From the NCBI GenBank assembly GCA_938091905.1, contig CALKOM010000036.1, forward strand, positions 1 through 61,424: DNA of 61,424 bases. The letters are read 5' to 3'. Origin of the DNA: an uncultured Verrucomicrobiales bacterium (GTDB taxonomy: Bacteria; Verrucomicrobiota; Verrucomicrobiia; Verrucomicrobiales; DEV007). The translations under genes were made by a program, and so were the position numbers. Under the pieces are notes generated by a model. That model had not been told where the DNA came from, ran no database searches, and saw only the letters and a program-made list of their open reading frames with translations. This document shows, one piece after another, positions 1-10,025 of the stretch (the stretch's first letter is position 1; every line of letters starts with the position of its first letter).

Positions 1-2019
1 AGATTGGATGAAGAACGTACCGGTGACATCGATTGCGAAGTCATCGTGAGCAGGGCCGTTGCCCAGATCTCCAAGTGCAGCAGAGGCGGCACCTTCACTG
101 TTTCCGTCGATACCCCAAAGTGGATAAGGCTCGACCGTATCAGCGAAAGCCCCCACGGCGTTATCTACGAAGTTTACGAAGGGGCGTTCCACAGTGATGT
201 CACCGAGATCGGCATCTCCGCCTTCATCGACGATAGCGAGGACGTCGTCCCGGCTACCGATGGCGCTAGAGCTGTCGACGTGGCGAATGGTGAAGTTGCC
301 TCCCTTGAGCTGGATCGAGGCGACGCTCTTCGGATCTGTAGGATCGAAGCCACTGGTGACTTCAAGTCCGTCGGTTGCCCCATCTTCATCGGTGTCCTTC
401 AGGAGAGGATTTGATCCAGTATCTTCAGCACTGACAAAGGTGCCCGTATTTGTCTCGACGCCATCCAACAAGCCGTCCTTGTCCGTATCGGGATTCGTAG
501 GTCTAGTGCCTGTGTCTGAAGCGCTGACATAAATGCCAGTGCCGGTTTCGATATTGTCATCAAGCCCGTCTGAATCGGTGTCTTTGAGTTGTGGGCTGGT
601 TCGATTTTCAAACTCAGCGAAGTTGGACAGCCCGTCGCCGTCGAGATCCGTGTCGCGGTCGCCGGCCTCGAAGGGATCGAGGCCATTGGCGGCTTCAAAT
701 TTGTCTCCCATGCCATCGCCATCGGTATCGACAAAGTCGGGCGCGATGATCGCGCGCGTTTCAAAGACCTGGAGGGCTTCTTCTGCCGTTAGTTGGCGAT
801 TCCACACAGCGACGTCATCCATTTCTCCGGTGAAGAAGTTGCCCGTGGCGTCATAGACACCAGCCCCACCAATGTTGAAAGGGAAAGCGGAGTTGGAGGG
901 GTCGGAACCACCGCCTCTTGCTTCCTCCTCGCCGTTGACGTAAAGGATGCGCTCGGTTGGGGAGTTCACGAGGACAATGTTTGTCCACTGTTCAATCACG
1001 GGTCCGAAAGGAATGTCGAAACCTCCACCGGCAGCTGACCAGTGCTGCATGGTGGTTGGGTTTATCATACCAAACTCAACGGAGTCATTCTGACCAAACA
1101 AGCCGATGCGGTTGCCTGGTTGCTCGTCAAACTTGACCCAGCCCGACATGGTAAACGATGCGGTGTCGTTCAGGATCTGACCTTCGGTGGTCACCGCATC
1201 ATCGACACCGTCGAAGACGATGGCGACATCACCCTCTCCGGCAGGACCCTCCGATAGTTCAGGGTCACCAAGTACAGTGCCGTTGCTTTTGGTATCGGCG
1301 CTATTGTTCGCATCGAGCGTTTCAGTATCGCCCGGCCCGAGGTCATTGAAAGACCAGTAGCCGAGGAGACCTTGCTCGAGAGTGTTGATGCCAGGAGGCA
1401 AGGTGAACTGCAAGGCGATGTTACCTTCGTTCTCGGTGTGCTTGAGTGTGGCGCTTAGATTACCTGGCTTGCCACCGTCGTCTTGATAGAGATTGATTTC
1501 AAGATTCTCCCAGCGTTGTGCGCAGCAACCGTCATTGCGCGGAAACATCCGCAAGGTCGTGACGTCGTATTGTTCACCTAGGTCCAAGGTATACTGAGCA
1601 CTAGCGTCACCTAAGCCGTTGGCGGTTGACCAAACGGCACCAGCATTCTCTAGCGCATTGTTAGGATCTTTGTTGGCGCCGCCGTGTTCTAGGCTTGTCG
1701 TCGTGCCGACTTCAGGAAATTCTGCGCCGTCATTGTAGGTCGTCAGAAACTCGCCGTCGGCACCTCCAATGTCGTTGGTGCTGGTTGACATTTCGTCTAG
1801 TCCTTCGACGTTATTAGGCTGACCGTGTGTGGCGCCGCCGAGATCGTCTGGGACCACACCATTTTCGAAGGCTTCGAGCTCGCCTAGGTGAAACCGAGTA
1901 TCGGCATCGTCGACTTTGACCACTTGGATAAAGCGCGCTAGTTCGGCTCTTGATTGCGGCACGCTGCTTATTGCGAGCAAGCCAAGAGCTATCGCTGAGA
2001 TCATTCGGGGTATTTTCAT
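1..2019 (-). CDS. Large secreted multi-domain protein, 3' end beyond the window: F5/8 or F-type-lectin-like domain, LamG-like domain, Ca-binding DxDxDG repeats, start of a PA14-like domain
   Basis: Missing from the ORF track because it runs off the edge. My translation from ATG 2019: signal peptide MKIPRMISAIALGLLAISSVPQSRA; YTLDLGEQYDVTTLRMFPRNDGCCAQR; LLGYWSFND...FTMSGWVK...LYVNG...FTGEMDDVAVWNRQL (LamG); repeats DTDGDGMGD, DLDGDGLSN, DTDSDGLDD, DTDKDGLLD; ends HDDFAIDVTGTFFIQS. No stop down to base 1. Confidence 0.88.
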   Translation of the reverse strand, partial: MKIPRMISAIALGLLAISSVPQSRAELARFIQVVKVDDADTRFHLGELEAFENGVVPDDLGGATHGQPNNVEGLDEMSTSTNDIGGADGEFLTTYNDGAEFPEVGTTTSLEHGGANKDPNNALENAGAVWSTANGLGDASAQYTLDLGEQYDVTTLRMFPRNDGCCAQRWENLEINLYQDDGGKPGNLSATLKHTENEGNIALQFTLPPGINTLEQGLLGYWSFNDLGPGDTETLDANNSADTKSNGTVLGDPELSEGPAGEGDVAIVFDGVDDAVTTEGQILNDTASFTMSGWVKFDEQPGNRIGLFGQNDSVEFGMINPTTMQHWSAAGGGFDIPFGPVIEQWTNIVLVNSPTERILYVNGEEEARGGGSDPSNSAFPFNIGGAGVYDATGNFFTGEMDDVAVWNRQLTAEEALQVFETRAIIAPDFVDTDGDGMGDKFEAANGLDPFEAGDRDTDLDGDGLSNFAEFENRTSPQLKDTDSDGLDDNIETGTGIYVSASDTGTRPTNPDTDKDGLLDGVETNTGTFVSAEDTGSNPLLKDTDEDGATDGLEVTSGFDPTDPKSVASIQLKGGNFTIRHVDSSSAIGSRDDVLAIVDEGGDADLGDITVERPFVNFVDNAVGAFADTVEPYPLWGIDGNSEGAASAALGDLGNGPAHDDFAIDVTGTFFIQS

Positions 2020-2116
2020 AATATATGAGTGAGGTCCTATCGAAGGTCCGGGATTTGTTCCGATTCGACAGAGTGAAAGGTTAAAGAATAGGGATTCATC
2101 TCCGCAATACTAATTA

Positions 2117-4417
2117 TTAGGCATCTGGGGCTTGAATCTTCAGATAGCGATCGAGTTCTTCTATTGCAATTGTACTCACTCGACCATCCGGCCAGCTTAC
2201 GGTTGCTTTCTCAACAGTTGTGATGTCGCCGAGGCCAAAGTGTGCAATTGTCGGGTGCTGAGCATAAAAGGAGTCCCCTGTCATGAGGTGTCGTTCCTTG
2301 ATTCCAAATGGTCCGTGTAGCGAGACTTTGGCGCCGATAGGCGAGTGTCCAACGCTGCCGACGAGTTCAATGCCGAGCCAATGTCCTGACGGAGCCATAT
2401 TTCGGTGTATTAAGAGTGCCTGAATACCAGTGAGTTTCTTCTCGTGGCTCCAGCCATTCTCAACGATCAGGAGGTCTTGTCTGCCGTCGGCATCCAGATC
2501 GGCAGCGACCACAGATCGGCAGTCTTTCTCGTGCGATACTCCCAGTAGGAAACCAACATCGGTGAGCGAAGTGCCTTGATGATTTAGGAAGAGCCGATTG
2601 TGTTCAAAGCCGTTCCACGAAATGCGCCCTGTCTGGAGGCCGCGAAGAGAAGGCGGCAGGAAACGGTCGGACAAAAGATGGGCCACCGCAGGGTCTTCTG
2701 TAGAGGATCCCGTGTAGAGATCGTGTCGCCAGAAAGCTGTGCAGTAGTCTGTGGCTGATTTGCCACTGATGTGTCCGTTTGCCACATAAAGGTCGTCATC
2801 GCCATCATTCTCCAAATCAAAACTCGCGGCTCCCCAAGCCCAGCCTGCCCTTGCGCAATCTTGGTTGAGCGGCGTTTGGACATACTGTCCTTCGCGGGCG
2901 ACGTACATCCGATTGCCGTAAGCCATGGGGGCTCGAAGTTTCGTGTATTCCGGATAGTCCTCGCGTTTTAGGCCGAGCTGATCGAGGCGCCTTGCCGTGG
3001 TTGAACTCATGCCAACCATGTAGAGATCTTGTCGCCCGTCACTGTCGAAATCACCAAACGTGTGGGCCATGCCAAAGGCATGGCGTTCGCCGAAGAGGTC
3101 GTCTGGAGCCGCTGTGAATTTCCCCTTGCCGTCATTCATCCAAACATCGAGCCCGGCAAAGTCGCTTACGACCATGAGGTCTAGGTCGCGATCGCTGTCG
3201 AGGTCCACGAAGGACGCACTGTAGGTGCGTCGGTTTCGCTTCGAGGCAAGCCCGGCTTTCACCGTGCCGTCGGTGAACTTCCCGGTGCCGTTGTTAAGAA
3301 AGAGTGAGGACGGATAGCCATCATTGGCGTCGTAAAATGGAGTGGGCATTTGTCCGCCTTCGTAGGGGATCTTGTACTGAGTGAGCCAAACATCGAGGTC
3401 GCCGTCGCTATCGACATCGCCGGTGGTGATTGCGCTGGGGCCCTTTGCCAGTTCTTTCCATGGCTGTTGTGCCTTGTCCGAGAATCGGCCGCCTTCGATG
3501 CCTGGGAGTAATTGCGATTTGCCGTTTGCTAGCACGCCAAGAAAGTCCAATCGACCATCTCCCGTCATGTCCGCGACAACACCCGTGTTGAGAACGGGGC
3601 CAGTAGGATTCGCGAATAAGGCACTGCGCTCGAATTTGAAGTTGCCCTGGTTCCAGAAGATACTGTTGACGCCGCCGAGGATCACTTCGGGGTAGCGATC
3701 TCCGTTGAGGTCTTGCACAATGACAGGAGCCAGAGACACGCCCGCGCCTGGGATGACTTCTTCGGGTGCAATCTGCAAGGTTTTTTGAAACAACGTGCCG
3801 CCCTTTCTGTGTACGATCCTGCACTCAGACACTCGGATGGTCTTTGGTTGGCGTTCCTTGTTCCAGTCGATTTCAAGCTTGCCTTTGACAATGAGAGGGG
3901 TGGTCAGTTTTCCCTCTTTTACTACATGTATCTCAAATGCGACGACGGATTGCGGATTGGCTGCCTTTGTCGCTGGAGTGAACTTATCGTGGTGCCATTC
4001 ACTTTGCAGCAGCTTGTAACCCTCTGATTGACGACGGCGTAGCCAATCACGCCAAGCGGTTGGAGAAAGGGCGGTCGTCGGAGCCACAGAATCGAGTGTG
4101 GTGACAGCCACTCCAAGGTCGAGGGCTCGCATCTTGGGTGCCCACGGTTTCAGGTAGATCCTGTCAACATCGAGGCTGGCGAAGACCTCAAGATGCTTGG
4201 CAGATGATGCGTTACGAAGGCGATCCCAAAAATCAATGATGACCGCTTCGAACTTTTGAGCCTCAACTTCGTGAGCCCATGTCGTGAGGTCTTGTTCATT
4301 GCGTTTTTTAGCAAGTGATAGAGTCTGGGCGGGTGGCTCGCCAGGAATCTGGCCGGTTAAGTCGATGACACAGAGTATCGCCATGGCAAGGATTGCGCGA
4401 TGAAGGGAGAATCTCAT
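2117..4417 (-). CDS. CRTAC1/ASPIC-UnbV family secreted protein with FG-GAP repeats
   Basis: Signal peptide; repeated DxDxDGxxD motifs (DVDSDGDLD, DLDSDRDLD, DFDSDGRQD); WAWGAASFDLENDGDDDLYVANG; C-terminal HFGLG...VSWPDG ASPIC/UnbV signature. Confidence 0.88.
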   Translation of the reverse strand: MRFSLHRAILAMAILCVIDLTGQIPGEPPAQTLSLAKKRNEQDLTTWAHEVEAQKFEAVIIDFWDRLRNASSAKHLEVFASLDVDRIYLKPWAPKMRALDLGVAVTTLDSVAPTTALSPTAWRDWLRRRQSEGYKLLQSEWHHDKFTPATKAANPQSVVAFEIHVVKEGKLTTPLIVKGKLEIDWNKERQPKTIRVSECRIVHRKGGTLFQKTLQIAPEEVIPGAGVSLAPVIVQDLNGDRYPEVILGGVNSIFWNQGNFKFERSALFANPTGPVLNTGVVADMTGDGRLDFLGVLANGKSQLLPGIEGGRFSDKAQQPWKELAKGPSAITTGDVDSDGDLDVWLTQYKIPYEGGQMPTPFYDANDGYPSSLFLNNGTGKFTDGTVKAGLASKRNRRTYSASFVDLDSDRDLDLMVVSDFAGLDVWMNDGKGKFTAAPDDLFGERHAFGMAHTFGDFDSDGRQDLYMVGMSSTTARRLDQLGLKREDYPEYTKLRAPMAYGNRMYVAREGQYVQTPLNQDCARAGWAWGAASFDLENDGDDDLYVANGHISGKSATDYCTAFWRHDLYTGSSTEDPAVAHLLSDRFLPPSLRGLQTGRISWNGFEHNRLFLNHQGTSLTDVGFLLGVSHEKDCRSVVAADLDADGRQDLLIVENGWSHEKKLTGIQALLIHRNMAPSGHWLGIELVGSVGHSPIGAKVSLHGPFGIKERHLMTGDSFYAQHPTIAHFGLGDITTVEKATVSWPDGRVSTIAIEELDRYLKIQAPDA

Positions 4418-4571
4418 GGTTGGAAATCGGGCTTGCTAGGAGGTGAATGTCGGCCCGGAGGATGTCCCGCTTTGCTGGAGCGAGTCAACTGATCTCAAAC
4501 TCATCTTGATAAGGAAACTTTCCACTCTCTGAGATAGCGTATCTTGCAGATTTGGCCTAAGAGACGTTTCC

Positions 4572-5585
4572 ATGCCACCGGCTCTCGACACGTTGATGCT
4601 CGTCTTCTCTTCGGACGGAGAATTGCCGGTGTCGGTGCCCGAGCGCGGGTTGTTTCTCGGGGCTGTGGCGCATCCGGCGTTGCGGGATTGGCCGTCGGTC
4701 ACCGGGTGGCAGCCGGACAAAGCGTTGGCGGATGCCTGGGAAAGGGCGGGCTATGTACGGATTGATGATCTTGGCAATGAGCGCTGGCCGGTTGTGTTGG
4801 TGTTGCCTGGGAAGTCGCGAGAAGAGACGCTGGCGTGGTTCACTTTAGCTCGGGATCATGTGGCTTCGGGGGGCACCATCGTTGTCGCCATGCCCAACAC
4901 CGCCGGGGCTCGCCGGTTTGAGAAGTTACTGGCTCAGGCAACGGGCGATGTGGTGTCTTTGCAGAAACACAAATGCCGTGCCTTCCGGGCGACAAACAAT
5001 GGGGGATTCAACGAATCGGTCTTTGATGAGTGGCGGGTGGGAATGGCTCCTCAAGCCATCCCTGAAACCTCCATGGTGGCCCAAGCGGGTACGTTTAGCG
5101 CCAATCGCATTGATCCCGGTTCGATCTTTCTTGCCGATCATTTGCCGAGGACGCTTCATGGATCTGTTGCTGACCTGGGGGCGGGTTGGGGATACCTTTC
5201 GGATGCCGTCTTGAAGCTGTGCCCGAAGATTGAGTCGCTAGACTTGTTTGAGGTTGATGCCAGGGCGGTGGCGTGTGCGCGTGCGAACCTTGGCGGGCAC
5301 GACAGGTCGGTCACGTATCATTGGCACGATGTGACAACAGGGCTGCCTACGAGTTATGATGCAATTGTGATGAATCCTCCCTTCCATACTGGGCAGGCAA
5401 CGAACATTGACTTGGGGCGCCGGTTTATGCAGGTAGCCATGGAATCGCTCAACCGAGACGGAGAGTTGTTTCTCGTCGCGAATCGCCAACTTCCCTACGA
5501 AAGCGTGCTTGAATCGAGTGGTTTGGAGTGGCGGATTGCAGCGGAAGACAAGACATACAAACTTCTCTTCGCCAAGCAGCACTGA
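4572..5585 (+). CDS. Class I SAM-dependent methyltransferase, RsmC/MTS-like
   Basis: GTFSANRIDPGS, DLGAGWG (SAM binding), NPPFH, LVANRQLPYE; N-terminal LPGKSREE domain. Confidence 0.85.
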   Translation: MPPALDTLMLVFSSDGELPVSVPERGLFLGAVAHPALRDWPSVTGWQPDKALADAWERAGYVRIDDLGNERWPVVLVLPGKSREETLAWFTLARDHVASGGTIVVAMPNTAGARRFEKLLAQATGDVVSLQKHKCRAFRATNNGGFNESVFDEWRVGMAPQAIPETSMVAQAGTFSANRIDPGSIFLADHLPRTLHGSVADLGAGWGYLSDAVLKLCPKIESLDLFEVDARAVACARANLGGHDRSVTYHWHDVTTGLPTSYDAIVMNPPFHTGQATNIDLGRRFMQVAMESLNRDGELFLVANRQLPYESVLESSGLEWRIAAEDKTYKLLFAKQH

Positions 5586-5598
5586 TTGATGGAATGTT

Positions 5599-6300
5599 AT
5601 GAAGCTAATCAAACTTTTGGCTAATCTCGGCTACGGCTCTCGAAAGGAAGTGCAGGCGATGATTCGTTCTGGTTGGGTCAAGGACGCCCACGGACAAGTC
5701 ATCAAAGACGGTGCGGCGGTCACGCACGAAGAGGTTCGCTTTCGAGAAGAACCCATTGACCCTCCAGCCCCACTAACGATTATCTTGAATAAGCCTGACG
5801 GTTTCACCTGTAGCACGGAAGATCCCGGAGAGACGATCTACGATCTCCTGCCGGAGCGCTTTGCTCACCGCAAGCCGGGCCTCAATTCGATTGGTCGATT
5901 GGACAAAGACACGACGGGGCTTCTCCTGATGACGGATGATGGGAAGCTTCTTCATCGCATCATTCATCCGAAGCATGGCTGCTTGAAGGTTTATCATGCG
6001 ACGCTGGATCGCCCTCTTGAAGGTCATGAGGCTGAGCAGTTTGCTTCAGGCACGTTGCAGTTGAAGGGGGATAGCAAGCCGCTGTTGCCAGCGCCTCTGG
6101 AAGTGCTGGGTGATATGGAGGCACTCGTGACGTTGCACGAGGGGCGTTATCACCAAGTACGTCGTATGTTTGCTGCCGTGGGAAACCATGTCGTGACCCT
6201 CAAGCGTGTTTCCCTTGGAGGGCTGAAGTTGCCATCCGATTTGGAAGAGGGGGCCTGGCGTGTGTTGACGTCAGGCGAGTTGGATCAGGTGTTTGGTTAG
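5599..6300 (+). CDS. rsuA: 16S rRNA pseudouridine synthase, RsuA family
   Basis: S4-like N-terminus (GYGSRKEV), LNKPDG, GRLDKDTTGLLL catalytic motif, EGRYHQVRRMF. Confidence 0.9.
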   Translation: MKLIKLLANLGYGSRKEVQAMIRSGWVKDAHGQVIKDGAAVTHEEVRFREEPIDPPAPLTIILNKPDGFTCSTEDPGETIYDLLPERFAHRKPGLNSIGRLDKDTTGLLLMTDDGKLLHRIIHPKHGCLKVYHATLDRPLEGHEAEQFASGTLQLKGDSKPLLPAPLEVLGDMEALVTLHEGRYHQVRRMFAAVGNHVVTLKRVSLGGLKLPSDLEEGAWRVLTSGELDQVFG

Positions 6301-6883
6301 CGACTTGTGGCGTTGTTGGCGTTGGTGGAATGTGAGAACCACGAAATAGCTGTCTGGGATTGGTCGTAATAGAACGGTGTGGTGAACGGAGGCCCAAGGT
6401 CCATGTCCTGCTTCTCCTGAAAAGACTTCTCAAACTCGTGTAAGAGATCTCATTGGGCTGGATATCCCGTGTCGTGAGTTCCTTGCGAATCGTCCTTCTT
6501 GCCCTCGCCATCCCGTTGCTTCAAGGCCTCAGCGCGGTTCCTGGTTTGTATATCCTCGAGGGCCGCGGGGCCCGCGAGTGGAATGTCTATGGGCTTCTCG
6601 ACAATCATGGACAGACGTTCGCCCACAAGGATCTGTTCAGCAGCCTATTCTTCACCGATACCCTGCAGAATTCCGGCAGTATCTTCCTCAAGGAAGGAAC
6701 CTTCACCGCTCGCTGGTCGCACGCTATCCGGCTCATCTACAACTACCCGCCATTGGTTGATAAGAGACAAGCAAGTAGTGTCGACGGCGATTCCCAGATC
6801 GTAAAGAAAGTTCAGTTGCACTACGCTGCTCTCACCTCAGTTTGGTGGTTACGTTTGTGAAGAGAGCTCGCTACGAGGTCTTG

Positions 6884-9118
6884 CTATTTGGAGTCGCGTG
6901 TGCGGGCAAGGCCAGCTTTGGCTTCAGCAGATGTGGGTTGGAGTTTTAGTGCGGTGGCGTAGTGCTGCGCGGCCTCGTTATTTCGATTACTGGTTTCCAA
7001 GAGGCGAGCAAGGTTGAGCTGAGCGCCAACATGGTTTGGAGCAACTTGAATGGCGGATTTGAAATGGCGTTCGGCTTCTGTCGGCTGATTGCTACGCGCG
7101 TATGCGGAGCCGAGGTTGTTGTGGGCGATTGGGTTTTGCGGATTCTTCTTGATCGCTCGGTGGAGAACGTCGACGGCTTCGGGGAATTTCTTCTCTTCAA
7201 TTCGGGCGACGCCTAACAAGATGGTGGCCATGGAATGGTTAGGATTCCATTTCTCGAGCTGTTGGAAGGCGGCAACTGCTTCAGAGGGTTGGCCAGCCTT
7301 CAGAGAATTCTTGCCATGGGCTTCGAGAACACGCGGGAAGGCTTCTCGTGCTTTGGCGTGATCAGCCTGTAGTTTCAGAGTCTTCTTGAGCAAGCGCAGG
7401 CTTTCAGTGGTATTACCGCGTGGACCAACGATTTGGGCTAATTGATAGTGCGCATCTGGATAGTAGGTAGCGACATTTGGATCGAGTTCGAATTTGGTCA
7501 GCTCGCGAAAGCGGGCCTCTGCTTCAGCGGTTTTGCCGAGGGAGCTAGCAAGATCACCAGCAAGGTAATGTCCATACGCATCGCCAGGGGCGAGTTCGAG
7601 TGATTTGGTTACCGCCTGATAGGCTTCACGTTTCTTGCCTGCCCAGTTCAGCACATTACCCAAATTGCGAAGGGCGATACCGTGGGCGTTGTTGTCGATA
7701 TTTCCAAGGACGCGGTTCTTGATCGAGTCGATGGAGCTATCGGTGAGCGCACTCTTGTTTGCCAAGAGGCCTTGTGTTTCAAAAGCAGCGATGAGTTTCA
7801 GTGCGAGCAGGCGATGCCCTTCGATCGTGGGGTGTACGTGATCGAGAAACCAGTCGTCGCCAGGCACTCCGTGGGCACTGCGTTCGGCGAGAAAGGTGTG
7901 ATAATCGACCAAGGGCACGCTCCGGGCATTGGCGGTGTTTGCGAGTACATCGCGCATCACGGGAAGCATACGAAGCGGGCAAACATCGTGAATCACGGCG
8001 ACCTCATAGGCTGTGGCGGCCTCCTCGTCTCTTTCGAGTGCGGTCAAGATCTCGCCTCGAAGAAAGTGGCCGTGGGCATGTAGTTTATCAATGTTCGTGG
8101 CTTGGTCGACATGGCTTAGTGCTTTTGCATGCTGTTCATTGGCAACAGCCTTTGTCGCGGAGGTCATGTGCGATTGGAATGTTGCTTTTAGTGATTCTGT
8201 TAATGTTTTTGCGTGTTCGCTCTTGAATGGGGAAGAGTTTCGCAGGTTGGCTGCCGGAGTGATGAAGATAACTTGGACACCACTGCTTTCGGCGATGTCG
8301 ACCATGCGCGAAAGGTTGTAGCGGTAATGGGCGATGATCTTGCTCTCAAGTTGTGGATCTCGGGTGTAGCGATCCAATCCCGCGCTTTGATCTAGGATGG
8401 TGTTGACCTCTTCCGTCAGGGTAGGAGTTTTTGGATCAATCTTATTGCTAGAGTTTAGCATGCCTGACACCATGCTGTAAGTCCGCGTGCGGCCGAGAAG
8501 GGACTGCATACCTCGTACCGCGTCAGGGGTCTCGATTATACCAGAGTAAGTGCGTTCCTCAAGAAACTCATTGTGTCCTGTGTAAATGACGAACACGTCC
8601 GGTTCGTAGTCGATGAGTTCCTCCATCAACTTCGCGACGCGATAGCTGGCGTAACTGATACCGCCCGCGTTGATGACCTCCCATTCACGTGAAGGATCGG
8701 CGGCGGGGAGATACTGCCTGAGCCACCCACAGAAAGAGGTCGCATCTGTGTAAGGACGACCATAGGTGGTCGATCCGCCAAGGCAGAAGACCCGTGTGGT
8801 GCCGTTTGATTTGTCTTGTGCGAAACGTTGGTCATTGAACCAACGAATCTTATTTTGAGCGGTTACGCGGTTATTTGCGGAACCCTCGACAAAGAGAGGC
8901 ACGTGGGAGGAGAAGCCGACGTGAGGATCCTCACTATAGAGGAGCGGACGCACGCCCATCAGCATGAGGCCGCCTTCGAGCAGTCCGAAGAAGAGGAGCG
9001 TGGCGGCGCTTGCGAAGCCCAGCTTCTTTCCCAGCGAAAGGAGTGGTCGAGCGGGAGAGTCTGAAGGCGCTTGAGTCACAGGATGGCAAACGTAGGATCG
9101 TCCGCATTCTGGTGCCAT
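6884..9118 (-). CDS. SGNH/GDSL-like hydrolase domain plus TPR repeat membrane-anchored protein
   Basis: N-terminal TM helix; GGSTTYG, NAGGISYAS, GHNEF and DHVHP blocks; multiple C-terminal TPRs (AHNNLGSAY, AQLNLARLL). True start may be a few codons downstream. Confidence 0.82.
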   Translation of the reverse strand: MAPECGRSYVCHPVTQAPSDSPARPLLSLGKKLGFASAATLLFFGLLEGGLMLMGVRPLLYSEDPHVGFSSHVPLFVEGSANNRVTAQNKIRWFNDQRFAQDKSNGTTRVFCLGGSTTYGRPYTDATSFCGWLRQYLPAADPSREWEVINAGGISYASYRVAKLMEELIDYEPDVFVIYTGHNEFLEERTYSGIIETPDAVRGMQSLLGRTRTYSMVSGMLNSSNKIDPKTPTLTEEVNTILDQSAGLDRYTRDPQLESKIIAHYRYNLSRMVDIAESSGVQVIFITPAANLRNSSPFKSEHAKTLTESLKATFQSHMTSATKAVANEQHAKALSHVDQATNIDKLHAHGHFLRGEILTALERDEEAATAYEVAVIHDVCPLRMLPVMRDVLANTANARSVPLVDYHTFLAERSAHGVPGDDWFLDHVHPTIEGHRLLALKLIAAFETQGLLANKSALTDSSIDSIKNRVLGNIDNNAHGIALRNLGNVLNWAGKKREAYQAVTKSLELAPGDAYGHYLAGDLASSLGKTAEAEARFRELTKFELDPNVATYYPDAHYQLAQIVGPRGNTTESLRLLKKTLKLQADHAKAREAFPRVLEAHGKNSLKAGQPSEAVAAFQQLEKWNPNHSMATILLGVARIEEKKFPEAVDVLHRAIKKNPQNPIAHNNLGSAYARSNQPTEAERHFKSAIQVAPNHVGAQLNLARLLETSNRNNEAAQHYATALKLQPTSAEAKAGLARTRDSK

Positions 9119-9133
9119 CCGGCAAGACCAATC

Positions 9134-10018
9134 TTAGTAGTCGCGCTCTAACATGTAGTCGACGATCTCGCTGAGGCGTGATTTGCTCATACGCATCTCT
9201 TTGAGCGCACGATGCGCTTGAGCCGTGAGTTTCGCCGCTTCTTTGCGAGACTTTTCCAGGCCGATTAGGGCGGGGAAGGTGGATTTGTCGACTGCCTCAT
9301 CTTTCCCTGCGCTCTTGCCGAGTTTGGCAGAACTCTGCGTCACATCGAGAATGTCATCGATGACTTGAAAGGCGAGCCCCAGGGAATGGCCGACTTGAGT
9401 GATGCCAGCGAGTTTGTTTGGGCTAGCATTCGCGCTCATGGCTCCGAATCTCAAAGACGTTGTGAGGAGGGCTGCGGTCTTTCGTTCGTGAATGGCCACG
9501 ACCTGGCCTTTGGTGAGCTTCTTGCCTTCGCCCTCCATGTCCATCACTTGACCGGCGATGAGTGCATGACTGCCTGCCGTGGAGGCCATTTCTCCTAGCA
9601 AAGTGCGCATAGGATAGCGTGAGGTTTCTTTGGCTCGGCCAACCATCTCGAAGCTGAATGCTTGGAGCGCATCACCAGCAAGTACGGCTACAGCTTCACC
9701 GTAGACTTTGTGACAGGTTGGATTTCCACGGCGCATGTCATCATCGTCCATGCTGGGAAGGTCATCATGAATGAGTGAGTAGGTGTGCAGGCCCTCCACT
9801 GAACAGGCCAGGGGAAGGGCATCCTCGGGATTGCCTCCGCACGCCTCGGCCGAGGCGAGTGTTAGGATGGGGCGCAGGCGCTTGCCGCCGGCAAAGACGC
9901 TGTAGCGCATTGCTTGGTGCAGCGTGGCTGGGCGGACGTTGCCCTTTGGGAGGGCCGTCTTGAGGGCCTGGTCGACCAGTTTCGCCTGGTTTTTGAGGTA
10001 AACTTTGAGATCACTCAT
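9134..10018 (-). CDS. ispA: Polyprenyl (farnesyl/geranylgeranyl) diphosphate synthase
   Basis: GGKRLRP, HDDLPSMDDDDMRRG, FQVIDDILD, GKSAGKD. Start placed at MSDLKV (ATG 10018), just after asd. Confidence 0.92.
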   Translation of the reverse strand: MSDLKVYLKNQAKLVDQALKTALPKGNVRPATLHQAMRYSVFAGGKRLRPILTLASAEACGGNPEDALPLACSVEGLHTYSLIHDDLPSMDDDDMRRGNPTCHKVYGEAVAVLAGDALQAFSFEMVGRAKETSRYPMRTLLGEMASTAGSHALIAGQVMDMEGEGKKLTKGQVVAIHERKTAALLTTSLRFGAMSANASPNKLAGITQVGHSLGLAFQVIDDILDVTQSSAKLGKSAGKDEAVDKSTFPALIGLEKSRKEAAKLTAQAHRALKEMRMSKSRLSEIVDYMLERDY

Positions 10019-10025
10019 GGAAATG

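Noticed and set aside
4..1349. Plus-strand ORFs listed in the track
   Set aside because: Antisense shadows of the large minus-strand gene 1-2019; the same applies to most short overlapping ORFs elsewhere.
6301..6880. 135-aa ORF at 6453-6860 and an antisense acidic frame with two stops
   Set aside because: No recognisable motif on either strand; possibly a gene remnant but unsupported.
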